Assembly (NCBI GenBank): GCA_013416795.1
Contig: RQSC01000033.1
Location: 357,006 to 397,172 of the forward strand
Length of the DNA: 40,167 bases
Origin: Prasinococcaceae sp. CCMP 1430
Lineage: Eukaryota > Plantae > Prasinodermophyta
Reading direction: 5' to 3'
In this document: one piece after another, positions 1-8,985 of the stretch
Layout: every line of letters starts with the position of its first letter
Position numbering within the stretch: the first letter of the stretch is position 1
Translations under genes and position numbers: made by a program
Notes under the pieces: generated by a model
Seen by the model: only the letters and a program-made list of their open reading frames with translations
Database searches by the model: none
Told to the model about the DNA's origin: nothing

Positions 1-116
1 GTCGCGCGCATCGCCGCGCCGCCGCGCCGCCCCGTCATCAGCCCCCACTCCGCCATCACTGCGCATCTCGCCGCGCGCGCCGCCGCAGCGCGCAGCGCGC
101 CTCGGCCCCGCGCCAA

Positions 117-148
117 CCGACCGACCGACCGACCGACCGACCGACCGA
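117..148 (+). repeat. (CCGA)8 tetranucleotide microsatellite
   Basis: Eight contiguous CCGA units read directly from the sequence. Confidence 0.95.
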
Positions 149-491
149 CACACAGATTTTTCCCCCGTCTCGCTGTGCCGCGAGGGCGTTTCCCGCCCTC
201 GTCGCAATGCACAGCCGCGCGCGCGGAGCAGAGCGGCGCGAGCGCACGAGCGGCGGCGGCGGCGCACCCCTTCGGCGCTCCGGCGGGGCGGCGGGGCCGT
301 CTTTCTCTCGCGCTCGCGCCCCGCCTGAATGAGAATGCGAATGGGGGATCGAGAGCGGCGTGTGGAACGCGGCCGCGCGGAATCTCCCCTGGCTGGCTGG
401 CCGGTGGATGGGTTGTCGGTGGGCCGGCCGGTCGCCGCGCTGAGCTGGCGCCGAGCGCGCGCGCGCGCCACGAGGGACTGTATGGAGAGCA

Positions 492-616
492 GCCGACCTG
501 CGACGCCGCCTGACGCCCGCGCCCCGCCAGCCGGACCTGTTCGGATGAGGGTCGCGCGGCTGGCCTCCGAGACCGATTTCGACGGCTGGCGCGCCGCCGC
601 GCGGCGCCTGCGCGCG
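492..616 (+). other. Bacterial-like operon junction fragment: C-terminus of a putative DNA modification/repair radical SAM protein (ADLRRRLTPAPRQPDLFG*) overlapping the N-terminus of a DUF4130/UdgX-associated protein (MRVARLASETDFDGWRAAARRLRA)
   Basis: Frame 492-548 ends in a QxxLF-type tail and TGA; ATG 545-547 overlaps it as ATGA (bacterial translational coupling). The peptide resembles, from memory, alphaproteobacterial TIGR03915/UdgX-fusion N-termini. Both genes are truncated. Confidence 0.6.
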
Positions 617-815
617 AGCCGAGGCGCCTGCGGCGCGCGGAGGGTTGTGCGGAGGCGGAACGAGGGGCGCGCGAAGGCGCGGAGGGAAGGAAGGGGGAAC
701 AGGGGGCATTGCCGCGCCCCGGCGGTGGGGGGGGGCGGCAGGTGTGGCGCAGGGGGGCATTGAGCGCGCCGCTCTTTCCTTCGCGGGGGACCAGGGGAGG
801 GGGCTTGCAGCAGCC

Positions 816-2657
816 ATGGACGGCGGCGGCCTCAGCCATGGGCCGCTGGGCACATTCCAAGCCTCGCAGACTACGGGCACCATCCTGTGCTGCATCTGTG
901 GCGTAGGCATGCCGCCTAACCCGACCAACATGTGCGTGAACTGCGTCCGCACCCAGGTGGATATCACAAAGGACATACCACGTCGCTGCACGGTCATCTA
1001 CTGCTCGACGTGCGGCAAGTACCTGCAGCCGCCCAAGCATTGGCTGCGCGCAGAGCTCGAGTCCAAGGAGCTGCTCACGTTTTGCGTGAAGCGCCTGAAG
1101 GGCCTCAACAAGGTCAAGCTCGTCGATGCGGGCTTCATCTGGACTGAGCCGCACAGCAAGCAGCTCAAGGTGAAGGTCACCGTGCAGGACGAGGTGCTCA
1201 ACGGAGCTATCCTGCAGCAGAGCTGCGTGGTGGACTACACGGTGGTGTACAACATGTGCGGCGAGTGCATCCGTGCCAACGCAAACCCTGACCAGTGGGT
1301 TGCGAGCGTGCAGGTGCGCCAGAAAGTGAGCCACAAGCGCACCTTCCTGTTCTTGGAGCAGCTCATCCTCAAGCACGGCGCCGACAAGCACACCATCAAC
1401 GTCAAGGACAACGCCGATGGACTAGACTTCTTCTTCAAGTCCAAGTCGCACGCGCTCTCCTTCGTCGACTTCCTCACGCAAGTCGCGCCCGTCAAGCAGG
1501 GCAAGGACTCCAAGGAGCTCGTGTCGCACGACGAGCACACCTCGAACTACCGCTACAAGTTCACGTTCTACTGCGAAATTGCGCACCCGTGCAAGGACGA
1601 CCTGGTTGTCTTCGACCGACGGCAGAGCCGCGCGCTGGGCGGCTTCGGGCCGCTCGCGCTCGTCACGCGCGTTTCCAACAACCTGCTCTTCACTGACCCG
1701 AGCTCGCTGCGCCAGGTGTGGCTCGACGCTACTCAATACTGGCGCTCGCCCATCGCGGTCATTCAGGATTCCAAGCAGCTCGTTGAGTACCTCGTGCTTG
1801 ACATCGAGTGCGTGCGCGGAGACTACGGCAGACCCATCGCTAACGGCCCGTACGTGCTCGCCGATGCGGAGGTGGTGAAGGTGCGCGCGCGGGGGCAACG
1901 CGCGCGCGCGAGCGCACACGCGCGAGCACACTCGCGCGGGCTCGCGCCTGCGTGCCCCACCGCGCGGTGTCGACGCTGACAGAATTGCATTTCGCCACGC
2001 GTTGCGTAGGTGAGCGAGTTCGGGCACACCGACGGCACCATGCACGTGCGCACGTTGCTGGGCTCAGTGCTCAAGCCGGGCGACACGGCGCTTGGTTATG
2101 ACCTGCAGTCAGCGAACTACAACACCGCCGAGGTCGACTCGTACGGCGGCTCGATCGACCTGCCTGACGTGGTTCTCGTGCGCAAGAGCTACGCCGAGAA
2201 GAGGCGGCGGAGGAAGAACAGGGCGAGGCCGTGGCAGCTCAAGCAGCTGGGCAACAAGGGGCAGATGGATACCGACGAGGACGCACATGGTGACGGTGCT
2301 GAGGGCGCCAAGAACAAGTCGAAATCGAGCAGGCGGCAGGGTGCTGCCGAGGCGGCGATGGAGGAGCAGCGGCAGCGCGACATGGAGCGCTTCATGGAGG
2401 AGCTCGAGGAGGACCCCGAGTTGCGCTCCCGCATCAATCTGTACCGCCGCTCGGAGGGCCACGCAGGTGGCGCGAGCGGTGCGGGCGGCGCAGTCGACGA
2501 CGACGACTACGACGATGAGAGTGATGGCGATGGCGTCCCCGAGGTGCCGCTCGAGGAGCTGCTTGACTCGCTCACAGCGCTCAATGTGAGCGACGCAAGC
2601 GGAGGCGGGGGTGGGCCTGCGCCTAGTGGCGCAGGCCCTGGTGACATGGACATGTGA
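816..2657 (+). CDS. NMD3: 60S ribosomal export adaptor NMD3; exons 816-1880, 2010-2657 (570 aa)
   Basis: ILCCICG..PNPTNMCVNC, CSTCGKYLQPPKHW, ESKELLTFC, FIWTEPHSKQLKVK, WVASVQVRQKVSHKRTFLFLEQLILKH. GT..AG intron 1881-2009 with GCTGAC branch joins in phase 0. Confidence 0.96.
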
Positions 2658-2675
2658 GTCGTCGCGTCCATCCTT

Positions 2676-2680
2676 TGTAA
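2676..2680 (+). terminator. TGTAA candidate polyadenylation signal of NMD3
   Basis: TGTAA 19 nt after the stop; UGUAA is the known chlorophyte poly(A) signal. The same motif follows UGGT, ABHD14-like and TMX-like genes. Confidence 0.55.
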
Positions 2681-2927
2681 TACTTCTTTGTGTGTAGACA
2701 ATGCGCGCGCTTCGGGATGCCTCATGGCACGCACAGCGAGCGAGTGCGCGCTTGCGCTCGTGCGGACGCACACGCGCAGACGCCATTGCTGCCGAGTCAA
2801 AAATGTGTTCGCGATACCAAAAAAAAAAGAGGCGATACGCGCAGCAAGAGTGCCCCTCGCGCGCTCGCTTCAGCGCGCCTCCCGGCGCTGCCGCAGCCTG
2901 GCGACCAGCCCTCCGCGAGGGCGACGC

Positions 2928-3709
2928 TCAGTTGGGCTTCCAGGCCTCGACCTTCTGCCACCTGCGCACTTTGCCGTCCTTGGCGTACATCGCGCTCCCC
3001 TTGGGCCAGTAGCTCTTGGCGAGCATCTTGTCGTCGCCGTAGCGCTTCTCCCCCCCCCAGCCGTGCACAGTCAGCGGCGCGTACTCCTCTCCAAAGGAGG
3101 GCTGCTCCAGCTTCATCTCCGGCGGCGGCTTGTCGTAGTTCATGTGTGTCATCCACGCGTGCCACTCCGGAGGCACGGACGTCGAATAGTACTCCGTGCC
3201 CTTCTCAACGTCTTTGTAGACGACGAAGCGGTCGCGGCCGTACTGCACGCCCTCGAGCTTCTCGTAATACGTGTTGCCGAGGTGGTCCTCGCCTACCTTC
3301 TTGGCGAACGGGATGCGGAAGAGGGCGCCGGCTATCTTCGAGTCCTCGAAAGCCCACCAGTTGCTATTGGGGCGGCGCCGCGCGCAGGCGCAGCGGCGGT
3401 GACAATCGCGCGGGAAGCGTTTAAAGGCGTCAGTGGCGCGAAGGAAAGCCCTGGATGGACGGTGCAGCGGCAGCGCCTCGCGGGACGCTCGGCCCCACGC
3501 TCCCGAGCGCCATCGCACATCGCACTCCCCAACCCAAAAGGACACGCGTCAAGGGCGCCCCCTCCCCCGCCCCCTCCCCTGCGGGCGCGCGGCATTGCCG
3601 TCACTCCGACGAGCATGGAGCAGACGGGGGGAAGGCGAAGGCGGGCGGGCTAGGGCGCGCGCGGCGCGAGCCCGCGCTGTGGCACGCCGCACCCCGCACA
3701 CTCTTTCAT
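2928..3709 (-). CDS. NDUFA12: Mitochondrial complex I subunit NDUFA12 (B17.2); main exon 3363-2928, proposed 8-nt first exon 3709-3702 (MKDNWWAF..., 147 aa)
   Basis: KKVGEDHLGNTYYE, GRDRFVVY, VPPEWHAWMTHM..PP motifs. Acceptor AATAG at 3364 needs a phase-2 upstream exon; ATGAAAGA|GTGTGC supplies it. First exon is inferred. Confidence 0.88.
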
Positions 3710-4064
3710 TCCCCCCTCCCCCCCCGCGAGCTGGCAACCAAAAAAAACAAAAAAAAAAATCCTCGCGCAGCGCTTGCAAATGAACGACACCTACCTCCCC
3801 CATTTTTCTTTTTCTTTTTTCTTTTTTCTTTTTCTTTCGCAAAAATAACGTTTTTTTGCGAGTCTTCGAAAACCAGCGCGAGCGCGGCGTGGGTGTGGCG
3901 GCGTCCCCCGCTCACATCCGCGATTTGACCCGGTCTTTTAAGGCTCACCCGGTCTGAGGGAGGTCTTTGCGGGGTCAGACCTGGTCATTCCCGGGTGTTC
4001 CCCCGGTTTCCGAGGCGCCCGCGTGGCGCCCGCGCGGCGGCGGCTCGCAGCCGCCGCTGGCTAG

Positions 4065-4700
4065 GGCCGCCGCAAAGCAGCTGGGGGAGGAGCTCTCGCA
4101 GCAGCAAGAAGCGCGCCGTCCGCGCGCGCCGTCTTCGCGCGCGACAACGTCGCCGTGTACCCGAGCCCGCGCTCCCAGCCGCTGGTGGGGTCGCTGCGGC
4201 TGGACGCGGGAGAGGACGGCCTGCTGCTGTCGTGGGCGCCGGGGGCGGGCGGCCCCGCCCAGGCGGGGGCGCTCTACGAGATAACGCCCACGCCCGTCTC
4301 GGACATATTTTCCATCCACAAGCACGTGCCGCGCCTGGGGTGGCACTACGTCGTGGTGCTCCTGCGGTCGGGCGTGGCGTTTCCCCCCCTCTACTTCGGC
4401 GACGGCGGCGTGCGCTCCTTCCTCCGGGCTCTAGGAGAGCGCGTGCCGCTCCACCCCGCCGAGGATAACGCCAACGTTGTGCTGGTCGGGCACTGCGGCG
4501 GCGACCAGCAGCTCCAGGAGAGCCTCAGCGTCCTCGGACTGCCCGAAGCGCTCGCGGACACCGCCGTCGACGGCGTCCCGCAGCCGCGCGTGGCCGCGCG
4601 CTCGGATGCGGACGGCGCCTGGGCGCTGGAAGCGTCCGAAGTCGGCAGCTTCGAGGTGCTCCAGGCGGACGGCGCCGACTGCGCCGAGGGTGGCCCGCTG
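4065..4700 (+). pseudogene. N-terminal PH-like domain of a TBC1D15/17-GYP7-type Rab-GAP; no ATG, no TBC domain (fragment or mis-join)
   Basis: VFARDNVAVYP..LVGSLRL..LLLSW..YEITPTPVSDIFSIHKHVPRLGWHYVVVLLRSGVAFPPLYFGDGGVRSFL matches the plant TBC1D15-like N-terminus. The frame is closed upstream by TAG 4062-4064 and runs into RRP9 sequence after a G-run near 4700. Confidence 0.75.
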
Positions 4701-4747
4701 GGGGGGGTAGACGGGAGGGGCGACGCGGACGCGGGCGAGGCGCGGCT

Positions 4748-6598
4748 GTGGGCGTGCGCGGGCGGCGCGATGAGGACATCGCGTCGGACGACGAGGGTCT
4801 CGGTGACAGCGACGCCGATGCCAGCAGCAGCGAGTCGGAGGATGATGCCGGCGGCGCGGCCGGCGGCGTCGACTCGGACGACGACGCCGAGGAGACGGCC
4901 GAGGAGAAGCGCCTGAGGCTGGCCAAGGAGTACCTGGCGCAAATCGAAGCGGAGGAGGCGGCAGCGCGTGCCAACGGCGGGGGCGAGGAGGGCGATGGGG
5001 GCGAAAGCGACAGCGAGGGTGATGAGGACATCGTGGGCGCGCGCCTGCGCTCCGAGGGCCTCGCGAAACACGGCTACGGCCGACGCGAGCTGGGCGCGGC
5101 CGTGCGGCTCCCTGCCGCGGGGGGCGGCATGCTCCTGCGGGGCTTCCGTCTACCCCCTACATGCGTTGCGGTGAGCGCTGACGAGAGGGTCGTGTATGCA
5201 GCGAGCAAGGACGGCACCATTCTCGCATGGGAGATGGACCCTCAAGCCATCGCCGCGGCGCCCGCGGAGGAGGGCGCTGAGGGCGCGCCGGCGGTCGCGT
5301 CGGCGGTCGTGCGGCGGCGCTTCGCGCCTGTGCCCGAGGCCGCGCGCGGCGACAGCGCGGGCGCGGTGGGCCGTGCGCGGCGCGGCGGAGGGCGGAGGGC
5401 GGCCGACGCGCAGGTGCTCTGCATGGCGCTGTCCGACGACGGTGCGCTGCTTGCAACCGGCGGGCGCGACTGCAGCGTGCACGTGTGGGACGCGCGCGAG
5501 GGCACGCACCTGCAGGCCTTCCCGGGCCACAAGGGCGCAATTCTGGGCATGTGCTTCCGCGCGGGGACGCGGATGCTCTACACAGCGAGCGAGGACCGCA
5601 GCGTCAAGATCTGGTCGCTCGACGATATGGCGTACCTCGACACGCTCTTCGGGCACCAGACGGAGGTCAGCGCCGTGGCCTGCGCGCGCCGCGAGCGTCC
5701 CGTCACCTGTAGTTCGGACCGCACGTGCCGCGCGTGGAAGATACACGATGAGACGCAGCTCATCTTCCGTGGCCACAGCTCCGCCATCGACTGCGTGGCG
5801 GCGCTCAGCGCGGATGAGTGGGTGACCGGCGGGCAGGACGGCTGCGTGGCGGCGTGGTCGCTGCAGCGGAAGAAGCCCACCGGGTTGGCGAGGCACGCCG
5901 ATGCGGGTGCCAGCGCGCGCGACGCGGGCGGGGAGGATGCCAACAGTGATGAGCACGACCAGGAAGGGGCCAAGGAGCAGCGACACGAGCGAGGTTCGGC
6001 GCGTGAGTGCCAGGAGTGGGTGGGTGCGGTGGCGTGCTCGATGGGCAGCGACCTTGCCGCCAGCGGGGCGGGCGATGGCCGCGTGCGGCTGTGGCAGGTG
6101 GGGAAGCCCGGCACAGGCCAGACGGCGCTTACACAGCTCGGGTCACTCGACGCCCCGGGTTTCGTCAACGGGCTTGCACTCAGCGTGAGTGGGCGCACGC
6201 TAGTGGCCGCCGTCGGACAGGAGCCGCGACTCGGCCGCTGGGCTCGAAACAAGGTGGCACGAAACGGCGTCATCGTATACAGGCTGGGAGGCACTGCAGA
6301 TCCCGCCGATGACGTGCGCACGTCTGCGCGGATGAGGCTCCAGGGAGTCGCCGCTGCTGCCGCCAAAGCACGCTCCGAGGGAATCGCTGCTGCGGATGAG
6401 GGGCTCGACGGGGACGCGGATGAGGACGCGGACGAGGAGCTCGGCGATGGCGACGAGGAAGACGTTTCTGACGAAGGCGAGGACGGCGAGGATATGGAAG
6501 ACGGCACGGAAGACGACAGCGGAGATAGCGAGTTTCTCGATGAGGAAGACGAAGAAGACGACGACATGGGAACGGGAGCTGCACGCGATCTCTTCTGA
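4748..6598 (+). CDS. RRP9: U3 snoRNP WD40 protein RRP9/U3-55K; 5' end unresolved (no in-frame ATG before the conserved N-terminal motif)
   Basis: DEDIASDD, EETAEEKRLRLAKEYL, WD40 repeats (LATGGRD..VHVWD, SEDRSVKIWS, YLDTLFGHQ, KIHDETQLIFRG), AVGQEPRLGRW..K.ARNG; acidic C-tail. Confidence 0.92.
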   Translation: MGVRGRRDEDIASDDEGLGDSDADASSSESEDDAGGAAGGVDSDDDAEETAEEKRLRLAKEYLAQIEAEEAAARANGGGEEGDGGESDSEGDEDIVGARLRSEGLAKHGYGRRELGAAVRLPAAGGGMLLRGFRLPPTCVAVSADERVVYAASKDGTILAWEMDPQAIAAAPAEEGAEGAPAVASAVVRRRFAPVPEAARGDSAGAVGRARRGGGRRAADAQVLCMALSDDGALLATGGRDCSVHVWDAREGTHLQAFPGHKGAILGMCFRAGTRMLYTASEDRSVKIWSLDDMAYLDTLFGHQTEVSAVACARRERPVTCSSDRTCRAWKIHDETQLIFRGHSSAIDCVAALSADEWVTGGQDGCVAAWSLQRKKPTGLARHADAGASARDAGGEDANSDEHDQEGAKEQRHERGSARECQEWVGAVACSMGSDLAASGAGDGRVRLWQVGKPGTGQTALTQLGSLDAPGFVNGLALSVSGRTLVAAVGQEPRLGRWARNKVARNGVIVYRLGGTADPADDVRTSARMRLQGVAAAAAKARSEGIAAADEGLDGDADEDADEELGDGDEEDVSDEGEDGEDMEDGTEDDSGDSEFLDEEDEEDDDMGTGAARDLF

Positions 6599-6642
6599 GC
6601 GGTGATAATCAAATTGTTGCTTTACGTACCTACCGCACGGGT

Positions 6643-8247
6643 CTACGCCGTCTCCATGGGCATTGCGTCGCCGGCTGCCATATGCGCTCCCTCCACGCCC
6701 GTCCTCGCGCGTTTGCTGTTTTCTAACCGCACAAGGCGCGGGCGCTCCTTTGGTTTAGCGATGACTGTGTATAACGCGTCGTGCGCAACCACCGCTTCAG
6801 GAGCGCCGAGGCCGCCCAGGCCGTCGACCGGCACGCCGTCGACTGAGACAATTCCCGCCGCACCCAGCACGCAGTGCTGGCGCCTCGAGGCGAGGCGTCG
6901 CACAACGTTGGCCACCCACTCCGGTACCACACACTTGACCTGTCGCAGCGCCGATCCGGCGCCGTACACAGTCGAGCGGCGGGGTGGTCGAGCCGCGTGC
7001 GCGCCTTCCTCCTCCGCTGCGAAAGGCGACTCCGTTGCTGGTGTTGTGCGCGAGATCCACTTGATGGTCGAGAGCAGGGTGCCGCGCAGCGCGGCTTCCG
7101 CCGCCTCCGGGCACATCGCGGCGGCCGTGTTTGGCTGCGCGACCACCGAAATGCGCTCCTTGGAGCCCAGAAGTAGCTCGTAGCAAACCGTGCCTGGGAG
7201 GTCGGCGCCATCGAGTCCAGCGTCCGCGCCAGCCCACGTGTCCGGCGGTAGCTCAGATGTGAGCTCTGCCGAGCGAGCATCAACGTCTGCGAGCGACATG
7301 AGAACGTCCCCGAAGAGCTGATCCATGTGTGCAGAGTGCGACGCCTCACGCTCCCGCCGCGCGCGCTCCGCGCGCGGCCCCGTGCCGCTGCCACCCGCGC
7401 CCTGCCCTTCAAAGGTGCCAATAGGACAGCGCTCGATGACGAGCCCGTGCACCTCCACGCTCGACGTGGTGGCCTTCATTTTGGCCGCCTCCATCGCAGA
7501 ACGCGCGTCAGCGTACGGCACCTTGTCTCCCTCCTTGTACTGGGCGGGCGGCCACGCCGAGGGCACACGAGAGGTGCGCCACGCCGGCGGGTCAGCAGGG
7601 CCCTGCACAATGGGCATCATGCCGGCCGGGACGGTGCGAGTGGGCACCGATCCCGCGCACAGCAGCGCGACCGCAGCCGAACTCACGGCGCCCGCCGCTG
7701 CTGGGTTCAGCGTCGGCATATCGAGCGCGCTCACGAGGGATCCGAGTGCGGCGGCGGCGCAGGACGCGGGCGGGCTGCCCGGCCACGACACGACCTGTGA
7801 GGCCCCGCCCACACGCAGGACCTCGTCCGCCGCGGGGCCCGAACGCGACGCGTCCACCACAACCATCGGTCTGGCAGCCTCTTTCGCCTCTTTTGTGGGC
7901 TCATCCTCCCCCAGGCGCTTGGTGACCGCCTTGGCGACTTTGGCGACGGTGGCGATTGCGGTCGGCAGCGGCGGCATGACCTCCTCCATGAGGTCGTCCT
8001 CCTCGAGCGCGACCGACGGGTCGAGCGCGAGGCGCTTCCCATCGGCCTCGATGAGCGAGCGCTCCGCAGCGGATGTCGCCACGTCGGCACCGGTGGCGAA
8101 GTGCAGGACATGCGGTCGCAGCTCGGCCGCCGCCTCGACGATGGCTGCCAGCCCCTCGGCGGTCTGCGTGGCAGGGCCTGCGGGCAGGCGCAAGGCCCGC
8201 ACGATCGCCCCAGACGCCGCGAGCGCGCGCGTGGTGGCCAAGGACAT
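6643..8247 (-). CDS. Protein resembling the N-terminal region of plant ARID4, with a CHAT/caspase-like domain lacking catalytic residues; no ARID or PHD domain
   Basis: LAASG..AAAELRPHVLHFATG, PMVVVDASRSG, GASQVVSW, and STVYGAGSALRQVKCVVPEWVANVVRRLA..LGAAGIVSVDG resemble recalled ARID4 segments. The true start may be 8363. Confidence 0.6.
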   Translation of the reverse strand: MSLATTRALAASGAIVRALRLPAGPATQTAEGLAAIVEAAAELRPHVLHFATGADVATSAAERSLIEADGKRLALDPSVALEEDDLMEEVMPPLPTAIATVAKVAKAVTKRLGEDEPTKEAKEAARPMVVVDASRSGPAADEVLRVGGASQVVSWPGSPPASCAAAALGSLVSALDMPTLNPAAAGAVSSAAVALLCAGSVPTRTVPAGMMPIVQGPADPPAWRTSRVPSAWPPAQYKEGDKVPYADARSAMEAAKMKATTSSVEVHGLVIERCPIGTFEGQGAGGSGTGPRAERARREREASHSAHMDQLFGDVLMSLADVDARSAELTSELPPDTWAGADAGLDGADLPGTVCYELLLGSKERISVVAQPNTAAAMCPEAAEAALRGTLLSTIKWISRTTPATESPFAAEEEGAHAARPPRRSTVYGAGSALRQVKCVVPEWVANVVRRLASRRQHCVLGAAGIVSVDGVPVDGLGGLGAPEAVVAHDALYTVIAKPKERPRLVRLENSKRARTGVEGAHMAAGDAMPMETA

Positions 8248-8719
8248 GCAGCAGGTGTACGTGTACGGCGAGGACGGCCAGTTCGAGCGCCGGCTTCTGC
8301 GCCGGCGTGGTCTGCGCCGGCGCCGTCTGCGCCGGCGTCAGAGCCAGCCTTGGCGCCTGCCATGCCGGACCGCCCTCTCCCGCACCCACCCACCCCACCC
8401 ACCCCCGCGCGGCACGTAGGGCTGCCGCGCGCCGCGCGCGCTGTGGCCCGCCCGGCGCAGCCGCATCTCGTCCTCTCCCTCCCCGCGCGCGTCTGAGTCG
8501 CACGCGCATCTCGATCACGCGTATAATGTACCCACGGGCGATCATACACACACCCATCCGCCGTCAAAACGTATCAAAACGGCTGCGAACGCTCGAACGC
8601 GCCCCGAGGCCGCGCGGCGGCGTCTCGAAACGCACGCGCGACGAACGAGAAAGGGTCCACGGAGAGGCGCGGCTACGACGTTTGGAGTGCCATGGCGCGA
8701 GGACGCAAAGGAGGGGTTG

Positions 8720-8737
8720 AGGTTTTGTTCAAAACCT
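8720..8737. repeat. Palindrome AGGTTTTG-TT-CAAAACCT in the divergent promoter between the ARID4-like gene and UGGT
   Basis: Perfect 8-bp arms around a 2-nt spacer, read directly. Confidence 0.8.
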
Positions 8738-8985
8738 GAACTGAGCGTACGCCGATGTGCCCGGTGCTGCCGCTGATCGCGTCGGCGGCGCAGCAGCTGG
8801 CGCCGGGCACGCGTGGTGTGAGTGGGTGGGTGGGTGGGGGTGGGGGATGGGGTGTTGGGCGTGGCATTGCGCGCGCGCTGGGCAGCGCGCGCGCCCCCCC
8901 CTCCCTCCGCGGTCGAATCTTCCTCTGAAGGTGGCGGTGGTGGAGCGACAAGGGGGGGGGGGGCAAGGGGACGCTGGGGCCCGCC

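Noticed and set aside
1-56. ATG at 56 on the - strand running off the window (MAEWGLM...)
   Set aside because: Only 18 codons are visible; no family recognisable.
56-997. Long Arg/Ala/Pro-rich ORFs here and antisense or alternative-frame ORFs throughout the track
   Set aside because: Shadow ORFs expected from stop-codon scarcity at very high GC; no motifs, and they overlap better-supported genes.
3803-3860. T-rich tract resembling a terminator
   Set aside because: Eukaryotic context; better explained as a poly(dA:dT) promoter tract between divergent genes.
8297-8337. Three TCTGCGCCGGCG repeats as a mobile or regulatory element
   Set aside because: Explained as coding AGAD-type low-complexity repeats in the probable N-terminus of the ARID4-like gene.
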